IMG/VR virus record: IMGVR_UViG_3300032242_002802
Coordinates: 4,075-68,074 of that record
Length of the DNA stretch: 64,000 nt
DNA from: a virus
Reading direction: 5' to 3' (one strand)
The notes below the pieces were generated by a model. The model was given only the letters and a program-made list of their open reading frames with translations. It was not told the DNA's origin and searched no databases. The number at the start of each line of letters is the position of its first letter. The first letter of the stretch is position 1. The position numbers and the translations under genes were made by a program. Below, piece after piece: positions 20,214-30,176 of the stretch.

Positions 20214-20933
20214 TTACTCTTTTTTACTCCAAAGATAAAAATCATCAGTTTTCTCAAAATTAAACTTAGTGAAGTTATTTTCAAGTGAATTATTTATCAA
20301 GTCTGTAATTCTATCATCATCTAATTGAGATTCTATATAACTTTCTGCTTTAGATTTATCTATCAGATTTTCTAATTTAACAACAAGTCCTAATAAATCA
20401 ACTTCTTCTTTTAATAACTCATCTGTTAAATATTCTACAATATTACCTTTTATAATATCCATCTCATCTTTATTATAAACAATTACCAATAAATCATCAT
20501 TTTCCCAGTTTGTTACTTTGAATAAGTGTTTATCAGAATCAACTATATCTATTTGACTTAAATTAGCATCAAAATGGTCTGCTAAGAATTTCTCAGCTTT
20601 AATATCAGTTCTACCAACTCCTTTATAAAGACATTGTAAAAGTGAAGTAAACTTAAAATCTACAGATTCAAATACTTTGAAACTTTCAAATGTTAAAACA
20701 CCATCAGATTCCATATGAACTCTATCTTCAATTACATCATTTATTACTTGTTTGATTCCATTAATATCTTTTAAACCATTTCTTTCAATAAACTTTTCAA
20801 ACTTATCTGAACCTGTCTTTAAATATCTTTTTAGATTGGTAGGTCTAATCTTCCATTTATCCATATAGTCATCAACAAGTTTATTTACTACTTGATAATA
20901 TTTATTTGCATCTTCTCTACTACTTATTGACAT
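20214..20933 (-). CDS. Hypothetical protein
   Basis: 239 aa; internal VLTFESFKVFES resembles the CTS-like motif. Confidence 0.7.
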   Translation of the reverse strand: MSISSREDANKYYQVVNKLVDDYMDKWKIRPTNLKRYLKTGSDKFEKFIERNGLKDINGIKQVINDVIEDRVHMESDGVLTFESFKVFESVDFKFTSLLQCLYKGVGRTDIKAEKFLADHFDANLSQIDIVDSDKHLFKVTNWENDDLLVIVYNKDEMDIIKGNIVEYLTDELLKEEVDLLGLVVKLENLIDKSKAESYIESQLDDDRITDLINNSLENNFTKFNFEKTDDFYLWSKKE

Positions 20934-21051
20934 TGTTAACTTATGTTATTTATTAAATGTATATATTAAAAAAATATTTTCATTTTTTTTCTAAACAAAT
21001 AATAAGTTTGATGATATATAATCATGTAAAAAAAATTAAAAAAAAGAAACT

Positions 21052-21243
21052 ATGAAAAAATTATTATTTGCTTTAATGGCTATTGTTGCAATCACTGTAA
21101 CATCTTGTAAAAAAACTGAAACTGTAGAAACTCAAACAACTGTTGACTCAACTGCTGTTGATACTACTAAAGTTGATACAACTGCTACTGACACAACTAA
21201 AGTTGCTGATACTACTAAAGTAGAAGCTCCTGCTGTTAAGTAA
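21052..21243 (+). CDS. Small Bacteroidota-type lipoprotein with D-[ST]-T repeats
   Basis: MKKLLFALMAIVAITVTS-C lipobox; own promoter and terminator (21263-21294). Confidence 0.85.
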   Translation: MKKLLFALMAIVAITVTSCKKTETVETQTTVDSTAVDTTKVDTTATDTTKVADTTKVEAPAVK

Positions 21244-21327
21244 TTAGAAATGTGCTTGGTCTAAAAAAGAGAAACAGAAATGTTTCTCTTTTTTGTTTTT
21301 AGGAATTATGTATTTAATATATAGTTT

Positions 21328-22230
21328 ATGAATTTATCACAAACAAGAGACTTTTATAATAAAAAACCTGTTGAGTTTGTTGTCAAAGAACACTATAACT
21401 TAATAGAGGATAATGAATATATTCCAAGGTTTTCCCTAAAGAATGTTAAGGATATTGCAAATATTCCAATTAATCAACCAATTAAATACTCAGATGAGAT
21501 TATGAAAAAGGCCATTAGATATGGTATGATGTTTCTAATCAATTACAAAGGTGAAAAAGATAAACACTTTGCCGGCCATGAGAGAGTAATTTATCCAATG
21601 GTACTTGGACGTTCTTCACAAGGTAAAATTTTATTGAGAGGTTGGCACTTAAATGGATGGTCAGTATCTCAAAGAAGACACATAAACAAGATTTGGAGAC
21701 TTTTTAGAGCAGATAGAATACTTTCTATGACTTTCACTGGATCATTCTATAGATTGCCACCAGCAGGTTATAATATGAATGATAAAGGTATGAGAGGTGG
21801 TATTATAGTTAAAGCGGATTTCAATGAAATTAGAAGAAACCAACAAGCTCTTATTAATCAAAATAAAATTCAAAATAGAGAAGAAGTTACAATTGGTCAA
21901 CCAGACAAAACATTTGCTTCTATTCAAGTTAAAGAAACAGAAACTCAAGTAGATTTAATGAAACCATTTGAGAATGCTTATATTAATAATAACAAAGATA
22001 TGGCAGGATTAAGAATATCATTCTTAAAAAGTATTTATGGTAACACATATATAGCTGTTTTGGGTGCATTAGGTCAACCAGGAAACACAGTAAGAGTATT
22101 AACAGATAAACAGAACAATCTTGGTGTATTTAAAGTTATGGACTCTGTTACAGGAGATGTATTAAAAAGTATAAAGAATGTAAAGGGTAATTCTATATAT
22201 GATTTATATATGTTTGATAAAAAATTATAA
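21328..22230 (+). CDS. WYL-like domain protein
   Basis: INYKG…ERVIYPMVLG…LRGW…WRLFRADRILSM. Confidence 0.55.
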   Translation: MNLSQTRDFYNKKPVEFVVKEHYNLIEDNEYIPRFSLKNVKDIANIPINQPIKYSDEIMKKAIRYGMMFLINYKGEKDKHFAGHERVIYPMVLGRSSQGKILLRGWHLNGWSVSQRRHINKIWRLFRADRILSMTFTGSFYRLPPAGYNMNDKGMRGGIIVKADFNEIRRNQQALINQNKIQNREEVTIGQPDKTFASIQVKETETQVDLMKPFENAYINNNKDMAGLRISFLKSIYGNTYIAVLGALGQPGNTVRVLTDKQNNLGVFKVMDSVTGDVLKSIKNVKGNSIYDLYMFDKKL

Positions 22231-22234
22231 AGTG

Positions 22235-22750
22235 ATGATGAAATTTATTAAGTTATTTGAAGAGTTAAATAGAGAAGATATTGTTGTATCTAAGATACAA
22301 GGTGATGATATTGAAATAGCTAAAGATATTGTTGCTAAACAATTTGAAGATAAACTACCTTATGAAGATTCATTAGATTATTTATCAGATGTTGTTGATT
22401 TTGATAATTCATATATTGCTAAAGAAAATGGTAATGTAGTTGGAGTTTTACTAATTGGTGATTCTATAATTTATGATTTAAAATCAAATGATACTTGGAA
22501 ACAAATAGAAGATGTTGATTTAAGTGGTAAAGGTATTGAAGGAGTTGCACTTGTTATATTACCTGAATATAGAAAAAGTTTTGCAACATATAAATTGATA
22601 AATGAACTTAAAAATAGTGATTGGAATTTTTTAACAATTCAACAATATGAAGGTATGGAAGAAACTATGAATTATTTTAATAAAACTAAACTTATTGGTT
22701 ATTTTATGGAAGATGGTAATAAAGTAGATGTTTTCTATGTAAAAAGATAA
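22235..22750 (+). CDS. GNAT-like acetyltransferase, CTS-like N-terminus
   Basis: GIEGVALVILPEYRK resembles the 10193 GNAT; MMKFIKLFEE. Confidence 0.7.
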   Translation: MMKFIKLFEELNREDIVVSKIQGDDIEIAKDIVAKQFEDKLPYEDSLDYLSDVVDFDNSYIAKENGNVVGVLLIGDSIIYDLKSNDTWKQIEDVDLSGKGIEGVALVILPEYRKSFATYKLINELKNSDWNFLTIQQYEGMEETMNYFNKTKLIGYFMEDGNKVDVFYVKR

Positions 22751-22790
22751 TTTTAAATATTAATATATAATAAAAAACAATCAAATAGAA

Positions 22791-23339
22791 ATGGATAAGT
22801 TACAATCATTTGAGTCATTTAATGAAGAAAAGAAAGATAAATGGATTCAAGACGCAATTAAGAAACCAGGTTCTCTTAAAAAATCTTTAGGTAAAGGTAA
22901 AGGTGATAAAATAACTAAAACTGAGATAGAGAAAGAATTATCTAAATTAAAAGCTAAAGATAAAGATAAGAAAAAACCAGGAACTCAGTTAGACAAGAAA
23001 GATGCTACTAAGAAAAAAAGATTAGAATTAGCAAAAACTTTAAGAAGTCTTAAAGAAAATCATGAAGAAGGTAATTATATGTTCTTCTCTAATTTAGAAA
23101 CTATCAAAAGATTAGTAGATGAACTATTAGAAATGGATAGAGCTGAAATTGATGCTATGTTAAATGAGCATGATTGGGCTTCTGACCATATTACAAGTTC
23201 TAAAGATGATATTGAAGAAGTATTTGACTTTATAGCAGGTAATAGTAATCCAGAAGAAGATGAAGAGGATGATTATGAACCATTATCTAATACCTTATAT
23301 GATGCTGAAAAAAGAGAATTTTTTAGAAAGAGCAAATAA
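22791..23339 (+). CDS. Lys-rich hypothetical protein, CTS-like N-terminus
   Basis: MDKLQSFESFNEE; KWIQDAIKKPGSL; HDWASDHI. Confidence 0.75.
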   Translation: MDKLQSFESFNEEKKDKWIQDAIKKPGSLKKSLGKGKGDKITKTEIEKELSKLKAKDKDKKKPGTQLDKKDATKKKRLELAKTLRSLKENHEEGNYMFFSNLETIKRLVDELLEMDRAEIDAMLNEHDWASDHITSSKDDIEEVFDFIAGNSNPEEDEEDDYEPLSNTLYDAEKREFFRKSK

Positions 23340-23498
23340 GATGATGATTTTAGTTGTATTCTAAATCCACAACATATTGTATAAATTAAAACCTCACTTT
23401 AAAGTGAGGTTTTTTCTTTTTAACTAAACAACACATGATAAAATATATATAATCATAAATCTTTAATTTATTAGAGATTAAAAATTATTGGCCTATGA

Positions 23499-23921
23499 AT
23501 GAATGAAATTGATGAGTTTTTAACATTTCTATATGATAATATAGAAGATGAAAGAATAGAAGTATCAAAAAAGATGAAATATGGATTTAGACACTTTGGA
23601 ATAAATCTTTATTTAGAGAATAAAGAACCTGACACTATAAATGGTTCAACTGGTCAAATATTAACAGAGAATAGTAGTTATAACTCAATTCAAATATTAA
23701 TAGATTGTAGAAACAATTGTATTGAACTTAATGTTAATATGGATGAGGCAGTAATTGAAGATGCTGAACTTACACTTAAATGGGCAGACCTGCTTGAAGA
23801 ATACCTAAACAACAAATTAGAGAATAAAGTAAGTACTTTGATAAATAATGGTTTATCAAAAACTGACTTATTGAGAGAATATAAGCTTAAAAAAATAATA
23901 AAAGAAGATGAATCTATATAA
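23499..23921 (+). CDS. Hypothetical protein
   Basis: 140 aa; C-terminal REYKLKKII. Confidence 0.7.
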   Translation: MNEIDEFLTFLYDNIEDERIEVSKKMKYGFRHFGINLYLENKEPDTINGSTGQILTENSSYNSIQILIDCRNNCIELNVNMDEAVIEDAELTLKWADLLEEYLNNKLENKVSTLINNGLSKTDLLREYKLKKIIKEDESI

Positions 23922-24402
23922 TCAAGAAGAAGTAGATAGAATTGCTAAAGTTAAAGAAGTAAATGACAAAATGGAAGACTTCTTTAATGACAAAAGAATT
24001 GAATGGAGTAAAAATGTAGATCCATTATTCAAATCATTGGCATTGGATTTTAGTTTACCTGCAAGTCATAAAGAAATTTTAAACACACAAGCACTTGCAC
24101 TTTCATTTAGACAAGTATTGAATGAAGAAGTAAACTTATTCCTTAATAAGAGAAGTAAGGAAGCAACAAAAATTAAAAGATTAAGACAAGATAGATTTGT
24201 TTTTTATGCAACTGGATTTGGTATTAAAACAAATATGGGAGAGAAAGGGATTTTAATTGATGGTCATTTAGCAGAGAATGAAAGAGCAATGGAAATAATA
24301 GAAAGTCATATTCAGTTTTTGAGAGATACTGTTAAAAACTTAGAATCACTTGGATTTGCAATTAAGAATATGGTTGAATTAATGAACTACTTAGGAAAAT
24401 AA
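23908..24402 (+). CDS. UvsY-like recombination mediator
   Basis: Helical; C-terminal FLRDTVKNLESLGFAIKNMVE resembles UvsY xRGFAIK. Confidence 0.6.
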   Translation: MNLYNQEEVDRIAKVKEVNDKMEDFFNDKRIEWSKNVDPLFKSLALDFSLPASHKEILNTQALALSFRQVLNEEVNLFLNKRSKEATKIKRLRQDRFVFYATGFGIKTNMGEKGILIDGHLAENERAMEIIESHIQFLRDTVKNLESLGFAIKNMVELMNYLGK

Positions 24403-24433
24403 AAAAACCCATCATTTGATGGGTTTTTTGTTT

Positions 24434-25504
24434 TTAAGAGTTATACTTAAAGTTGTGGTTTTCTTCAATGTTAAGAAGAGTTTCATAAATCAACTCAATA
24501 ACATTTTTAACATCTTTCTTATGAACTGTTTCACAAGTTGTATGCATATATTTCAATGGTAATGAAATAAGTGCAGATGGAGTTCCACCATTTGAGTAAG
24601 CAAATGAATCAGTATCAGTTCCAGTATGAGTAGAACTTGCTGCTAATTGGTGAGGGATTTTTTTACTCTCAGCAGTATCTAAGATTAATTTTCTTAATCT
24701 ATTGTGAACTGCAGGAGCTCTGGTGATAACACCACCATCACCAGCAACATGTTCTCCTTGTTTACTTGGAGTATAACAAGGTGATGAAGTTTCATGACAA
24801 ACATCAGTTACAATAGCAACATTTGGTTTAATAGTTTGTGCAATCATTTCAGCACCTCTTAAACCAATTTCTTCTTGAACAGAATTTACTACATAAAGTT
24901 TGAAAGGTAGTTTAATATCTTTCTCTTTTAATTTTCTTGCAACTTCTGCAATCATAAATCCACCAATTCTATTGTCTAAAGCTCTACCAGTGTAGTAATC
25001 TTTACCCAATTCCATTAGTTCATCTTTGAAGGTAACAACTGTACCAATTTTGATTCCCATTTTAGCAACATCTTCTTTAGAAGAAGCACCAATGTCAATA
25101 AAGATAGAGTCTAAATCCGCTTCTTTCTTTCTATCATGAATGTGAATAGCAGGGTGTCCAAAAACACCTGTAACAGGTCCTTTTTCTCCCCATAGGTTAA
25201 CTCTCATAGAAGGTGCAATTGTTACATCAGAACCACCATTTCTGATTACTTTGATATAACCTTTAGAATCAATGTAATTAACAAACCAAGATATTTCATC
25301 TGAGTGAGCTTCAATTACAACTTTAAAGTCTGATTCTAAATTACCCATAACTCCATAAGCAGTTCCATAGTTATCAAGTTCAACTTGATCAGTATATTTA
25401 GACATATAGTCCATCCATACTTTTTGACCACCTAATTCATATTCAAATCCAGTTGGAGAAGTACTATTTAAGTATTCTTTTAAAAATTTCTTGTTTATTT
25501 TCAT
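24434..25504 (-). CDS. M42 family aminopeptidase (host-like)
   Basis: SPTGFE, EAHSDEI, RALDNRIG, VQEEIGLRGA, TGTDTD, PLKYMHT. Confidence 0.9.
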   Translation of the reverse strand: MKINKKFLKEYLNSTSPTGFEYELGGQKVWMDYMSKYTDQVELDNYGTAYGVMGNLESDFKVVIEAHSDEISWFVNYIDSKGYIKVIRNGGSDVTIAPSMRVNLWGEKGPVTGVFGHPAIHIHDRKKEADLDSIFIDIGASSKEDVAKMGIKIGTVVTFKDELMELGKDYYTGRALDNRIGGFMIAEVARKLKEKDIKLPFKLYVVNSVQEEIGLRGAEMIAQTIKPNVAIVTDVCHETSSPCYTPSKQGEHVAGDGGVITRAPAVHNRLRKLILDTAESKKIPHQLAASSTHTGTDTDSFAYSNGGTPSALISLPLKYMHTTCETVHKKDVKNVIELIYETLLNIEENHNFKYNS

Positions 25505-25570
25505 TTTATAAGTTTTTAAGATAAGAGTTATAGATAGAAAAACAAAAATGTTTATTCTAATATAATATTT

Positions 25571-25906
25571 ATGAAATTTAGATTAATAAAAGACTTAATA
25601 ATAAACACTGGTTTTGAAGAAATAAAACTATACGATAAAGGAACTATATTTACTCCTAATAATGAGGGTAATTATGAGTTCAATTCACATGATGGAAAAA
25701 CAAAAATCCAATCAAAAGAAGACTTACTTGATAAAAAGAATTTATTTGAGTATCTTCCTGAGATTGAATTAAAAGTTAAAGAGTTAGAAATAGAAGAGGA
25801 TGACATAGTTAAAAACTATAGAATCCAATTAGATATAAAAACATCATTTAGAAAACTTAAAGAAATTGAAAAGTTCTTAAAAGAGAATGTAAATGAAATG
25901 TTATAG
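25571..25906 (+). CDS. Hypothetical protein
   Basis: 111-aa ORF. Confidence 0.65.
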   Translation: MKFRLIKDLIINTGFEEIKLYDKGTIFTPNNEGNYEFNSHDGKTKIQSKEDLLDKKNLFEYLPEIELKVKELEIEEDDIVKNYRIQLDIKTSFRKLKEIEKFLKENVNEML

Positions 25907-26485
25907 AATTTGACCTTCTAATAATTCAAAAAATGTGCTGGCATTAGTTTTTGCTAAGTCATCAGTCATCATTCTATAGATTTCTTCTCCCATATTTTCA
26001 TTACCTCTTAACATACGCTCCATATTAACTATTTGGGTAAATCCCATTGTTCTACAAGAATCAATTGCATAAGTATTTGCATCATCTTCAAGTTCTCTGT
26101 AGTTCTTCAAGAATTCTTCTTTATTACCATCTACAACTGTTTGAAAGTATTTAGGTGTAAATTCACCATTTTCTTCTTGAAAAGCATGTCTTGATTCATG
26201 AAGTGCAATGAAAAACTTAATATCTCCAGGAACTGGTGGTGTTGAATTAATTAAAACTCTATCAGTACCAACAAAACAACCCATAATAGGTTTTTGAGTA
26301 TTGAATGGAAAGTAATGTATTTTAAAATTACTTCTATTTTGATTCCACCAAGAAATAATGGTTTCTTTACTTGCTCCAAGTGGTGGAGTTCTACCTTCAT
26401 TTAGTCTATCTATAAAGTCTGATATAGATATTTCACCTGGGAAATTTTTTTCAAGTGATTCATTAAATCTTTTTAAGTGTTTCAT
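25901..26485 (-). CDS. HExxH metallopeptidase-like protein, CTS-like N-terminus
   Basis: LHESRHAFQ…LEDDANTYA; MKHLKRFNES (alternative start 26497). Confidence 0.65.
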   Translation of the reverse strand: MKHLKRFNESLEKNFPGEISISDFIDRLNEGRTPPLGASKETIISWWNQNRSNFKIHYFPFNTQKPIMGCFVGTDRVLINSTPPVPGDIKFFIALHESRHAFQEENGEFTPKYFQTVVDGNKEEFLKNYRELEDDANTYAIDSCRTMGFTQIVNMERMLRGNENMGEEIYRMMTDDLAKTNASTFFELLEGQIL

Positions 26486-26505
26486 TTTATTTTTCATTTA
26501 TTTTT

Positions 26506-26877
26506 TTAGGCTACACCTTCTTCACCATCATCATATGTTTCTTCCCTGTATTTATAAGGATTTATATTTGACAACTTTTTTAAAAGTCTATTCATTTCTT
26601 CTGTTTTTTCACCTAATCTATCTATAATATCAGTCATAACATCAACTGGATCTTGATCATCAACAATTCTATACATCATTTCTTTATATAAAGGATCTTG
26701 TGTATCTAAATAGTCTTTAAGTTCAATTTTAAGTGCTGTAAATGCTGCCCAGAAGTCACCTATTTTATCATCTCTGTCATTGAGACCTGATACTACTACA
26801 TCTGAAAATTGTCTTTCTAATGGACTTAAATTTCCAAACCTTTGTTCAAAGTTTTCAAAGAGTTTTAAGTATTTCAT
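26506..26877 (-). CDS. Hypothetical protein, CTS-like N-terminus
   Basis: MKYLKLFENF. Confidence 0.75.
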   Translation of the reverse strand: MKYLKLFENFEQRFGNLSPLERQFSDVVVSGLNDRDDKIGDFWAAFTALKIELKDYLDTQDPLYKEMMYRIVDDQDPVDVMTDIIDRLGEKTEEMNRLLKKLSNINPYKYREETYDDGEEGVA

Positions 26878-27569
26878 TATTTTAATTTTATTTTTTCTGT
26901 TAAATAAAAATGTTTACCTATAACTTGGAATGCATCTTCAAAAGCATCTATTACCATTCTTCTTTCAGTTCCCATATCATAGATTCTATCACCTAAATCA
27001 ATTACATTTCTTTCTAATTCATCAAATGAAATATCAGGATTTCCAAACATTAAAGTATCAATAATATATTCTCTAACAATGTCATCATAACTACTTAACT
27101 TTCTTTCCAATTCTTCTACAATACCTTCTTGGTCTGCAGATTCACCAGGATATATTTCTAAGATTCTTTTAACCATTGAATATATTTGTTTAACATCTTC
27201 TGATTTCAAAGATTCTGTCCATCTACCTTGATATGTTTCTGATACACCTAATATAGAGTGTATATCTTTCTCTATAATGTCTAATCCTTCATCTATTGAA
27301 CTAACTGCAGTTTCAAAGTCAACAACATTACTTGCAATTTTTTTAAGCATTAAATCATCTATATCAAACTCATATCTTAATACAAGTTCATTACTTGTAA
27401 AATTAACAAATAATTCATGGTCATTTTTATTTTCCCACTCATACATAAATGCTTGACCACCTATACTATCTACAAGTTCTTTAATTTCTTGCATTTTTAC
27501 ATCCAATACACTATCAGAACCTGTTTCTACAAATTCTCTAATGAACTCATTATATTTTTTAATCATCAT
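26877..27569 (-). CDS. Hypothetical protein, CTS-like N-terminus
   Basis: MMIKKYNEFIRE. Confidence 0.75.
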   Translation of the reverse strand: MMIKKYNEFIREFVETGSDSVLDVKMQEIKELVDSIGGQAFMYEWENKNDHELFVNFTSNELVLRYEFDIDDLMLKKIASNVVDFETAVSSIDEGLDIIEKDIHSILGVSETYQGRWTESLKSEDVKQIYSMVKRILEIYPGESADQEGIVEELERKLSSYDDIVREYIIDTLMFGNPDISFDELERNVIDLGDRIYDMGTERRMVIDAFEDAFQVIGKHFYLTEKIKLK

Positions 27570-27575
27570 ACTTTA

Positions 27576-28214
27576 TTATTTTTTAAGAGTTATTTTTATA
27601 ATCAAATGTTTTACTTTTTTCAAATCATAACCATATCCCTGTTTAATACGTATTTCTGTTGGATTATCAATGAATTCTAAATTAAATTTTGAAAAATCAA
27701 TAGGATTTTCTCTAATATAATTATCCCAAAGTCTTTTAGTTCCCTCTACCCATACTTTTATACTATCTCCCTCTTTAGATATAGAAGAATATATTTTTGA
27801 ACTACCCTTTAAATCATTAGCTAACTTCTTAATTAGATATTTATCATCTTCTTCTATTTTACTATAAATATCAATAGATATTTTAGTTGATCCTAACCAT
27901 ACAGTTACTGTATTTCCATATGTTTCATCCATAACATTCTTAAACATAATCAATTCATCTAATAATTCCCAAAGTCTTTTATCTTTAACATTAGTATTAG
28001 TTGCACCATTAACTCTCTCAAAATGTTCAAAATTAAAAGATATAGTTGTCTCATTATATCCTGCAAATTCACCAGAAGTTACAAGTGATTTATGAGTATC
28101 TATCTTAACACCAAGATGTTTTATAGGAACTAAAAAATCATTTACTATTAAGTCTAAATCAAGCTCTTCTTTACTTTCTTTTAGGTATTCTATAAATTTA
28201 GTTAAATGTTTCAT
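27576..28214 (-). CDS. Hypothetical protein, CTS-like N-terminus
   Basis: Start moved to MKHLTKFIEYLKES, 5 nt after TTAATATATA. Confidence 0.7.
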   Translation of the reverse strand: MKHLTKFIEYLKESKEELDLDLIVNDFLVPIKHLGVKIDTHKSLVTSGEFAGYNETTISFNFEHFERVNGATNTNVKDKRLWELLDELIMFKNVMDETYGNTVTVWLGSTKISIDIYSKIEEDDKYLIKKLANDLKGSSKIYSSISKEGDSIKVWVEGTKRLWDNYIRENPIDFSKFNLEFIDNPTEIRIKQGYGYDLKKVKHLIIKITLKK

Positions 28215-28281
28215 AAGTCTATATATTAAAATTCTATTAAACAAAAACCATCTTTTTTATATAATCCTAAAGATTAAATTT

Positions 28282-29055
28282 ATGTCAAAACTAAAACTAA
28301 AGATAAAACCAGAGAATTTCAGTTTATTTGTTTCTAAGATAGAAAATATTGCTGCTATTGATGACACTGTAAGAGTGAAGATTGATAGTGAGAATATATT
28401 AATGTACTCAATGTTAGGTGGTGGTAATGTAATGTTAGCATTTAAGAACTTCCTATTGAATACCAGTGATTTCTTTGAGATTGGTGATTTTGATTATACT
28501 ATTGATATGATTATACCTAATGCTAAAAAGTTTGTTAAGAACTTAGCATTTATTAGAGAAATGGATAAAATTGGATTTGACTTAACATATAAAGAAGATG
28601 AAGATGATGAATTACTTTATGCAGTTAGAACTTTCCAACTATCATCTGGTAAATTCAAAGTAAACTGGTTAGGTGGTGAATTATATTCAGTTAGAGATAT
28701 TGGAAAAGCTGCATTGGCTCAGAGATTAAACCCTAAAGATAAAAAGTGGTCATTTAATATTGGAAATCAAGATTTTCTTGATGTTAAGAAACTATCAAGT
28801 ATAAATGGTGAAAGAATTATCTGTATGGATGTTACTAAAGGAAAAGTAATTTTTTCAGAAAAATCCTCTTGGGAATTAGAGGTTGATGAAATTGAAGACA
28901 GAAACGCTGCTTTAATTTTAAACAAAAGATTTTTAAGTTGTATAAATGATAAATTAGAGAATATAGAATTTTGTATATTTGAGAACTTTATGTTAATAAA
29001 AGATGAAAACTCAAACTTAATGTTGAGTTTTGAACAAGACTTCTCAGATGATTAA
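28282..29055 (+). CDS. Possible sliding clamp (gp45/PCNA-like)
   Basis: 257 aa, two-repeat alpha/beta pattern, near PolB; no decisive motif. Confidence 0.4.
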   Translation: MSKLKLKIKPENFSLFVSKIENIAAIDDTVRVKIDSENILMYSMLGGGNVMLAFKNFLLNTSDFFEIGDFDYTIDMIIPNAKKFVKNLAFIREMDKIGFDLTYKEDEDDELLYAVRTFQLSSGKFKVNWLGGELYSVRDIGKAALAQRLNPKDKKWSFNIGNQDFLDVKKLSSINGERIICMDVTKGKVIFSEKSSWELEVDEIEDRNAALILNKRFLSCINDKLENIEFCIFENFMLIKDENSNLMLSFEQDFSDD

Positions 29056-29063
29056 TTAATAAA

Positions 29064-29597
29064 ATGAATAAAAGAATAGTAAACAACAAAAGAAAACACA
29101 AAATAAATGATGATATTAAGTCATTTGAAGTTAGGTTAATTGTTACAGGTGCTGCACCTCAAGTAATGAAAACCAAAGATGCTCTCAAACTTGCTGATGA
29201 TGAGGGTAAGGATCTTATTTTAATTAATGAGAATCAAGAACCACCTATTGCAAAGATTGAGGATTATGGTAAATTTCTTTATAACATTGAAAAGATGTTA
29301 AAAGAACAAAAGAAAAATGCTGTAAAGTCAGAGTTAAAAGAAATAAAATTATCTTGTGAGATTTCAGACCATGACTTAGAAATTAAGGCTAAGAAAGGTA
29401 AAGAGTTTCTACAAGATGGTGATAAAGTAAAATGTGTAATTCAATTAAAAGGAAGACAAAAGGGTAATCCAGATAGAGGACAATTAGTAATGTTAAAATT
29501 TGCTACAATTCTTGAAGAGTTTGGAACTCCTGAAAATGTTCCAAAATTAGAGACCAGTAAATGGTTAATGATATTAAAACCAAAAAAGAAGAACTAA
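29064..29597 (+). CDS. infC: Translation initiation factor IF-3
   Basis: KINDDI..EVRLI, DLILI…PPIAKIEDYGKFLY, LKEIKL…HDLEIK…FLQDGDKVK…KGRQ. Confidence 0.95.
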   Translation: MNKRIVNNKRKHKINDDIKSFEVRLIVTGAAPQVMKTKDALKLADDEGKDLILINENQEPPIAKIEDYGKFLYNIEKMLKEQKKNAVKSELKEIKLSCEISDHDLEIKAKKGKEFLQDGDKVKCVIQLKGRQKGNPDRGQLVMLKFATILEEFGTPENVPKLETSKWLMILKPKKKN

Positions 29598-29608
29598 TGT
29601 TCTTCTTT

Positions 29609-29968
29609 TTATTCTTCATAATTTTCTATTTCAGATATTAAATCATCTAATGGACTATCACCTTGCCAAAAGAATAATCTCATTACATCTTCACCATTAT
29701 TACTTATTATTTCATTAATGGCCATACACCATTCAGAGGCAGAACCTTCTTTTATTATATTTCCTTGTTTTACTTTTATAATACTACCATTTATTGACAC
29801 TATTTCACTATCATTAAAACTTGATAATATAATCTCAGTTAGTTTTTCTATATCTGATTCTTTTGGTTCCCATATACTGACATATTTTAAATCTAAGTTT
29901 AATTTAGAATTTTCTATTTCACTACCATTAACATCAAAACTTTCTGTAATTTTCTTTAAGTGTTTCAT
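29609..29968 (-). CDS. Hypothetical protein, CTS-like N-terminus
   Basis: MKHLKKITES. Confidence 0.7.
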   Translation of the reverse strand: MKHLKKITESFDVNGSEIENSKLNLDLKYVSIWEPKESDIEKLTEIILSSFNDSEIVSINGSIIKVKQGNIIKEGSASEWCMAINEIISNNGEDVMRLFFWQGDSPLDDLISEIENYEE

Positions 29969-30012
29969 AATATTACTTATTTTTATAATGTATATATTAA
30001 TTTTTTTATCTA

Positions 30013-30040
30013 AAACTTTTTACTCATGGCTAAATATAAT
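30013..30040 (+). promoter_or_regulatory. AAAC-N18-TATAAT promoter (representative of a class before replication genes)
   Basis: Same 17-18 nt spacing before Dam, the clamp, UvsW, primase, M42 and others. Confidence 0.6.
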
Positions 30041-30044
30041 CTCT

Positions 30045-30176
30045 ATGACAAAAGAAGAAAAAAAACTTAGAATAGAGTCATTAAAGATACAGGCAGTACA
30101 ACTAAAAAAAGATGTTGAATACTACAATGCAATGCAAACTGCATTGAAGCTTGTACTTAATGGGTCTTATGTTTAA
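30045..30176 (+). CDS. PolB C-terminal subunit, segment 1 (fingers helix and motif B up to the Tyr)
   Basis: MTKEEKK…YNAMQTALKLVLNGSY(V)*, the QxAxKxxxNxxY of motif B. Confidence 0.85.
   Translation: MTKEEKKLRIESLKIQAVQLKKDVEYYNAMQTALKLVLNGSYV

Noticed and set aside
23340-23384. In-frame continuation DDDFSCILNPQHIV after the TAA of 22791..23339 (readthrough or premature stop)
   Set aside because: Only 14 codons; cannot be distinguished from chance without homologs
29718-30044. 5' extension of the 152-aa ORF upstream of PolB segment 1
   Set aside because: Antisense to the 29609-29968 gene; promoter and plausible start are at 30013-30047
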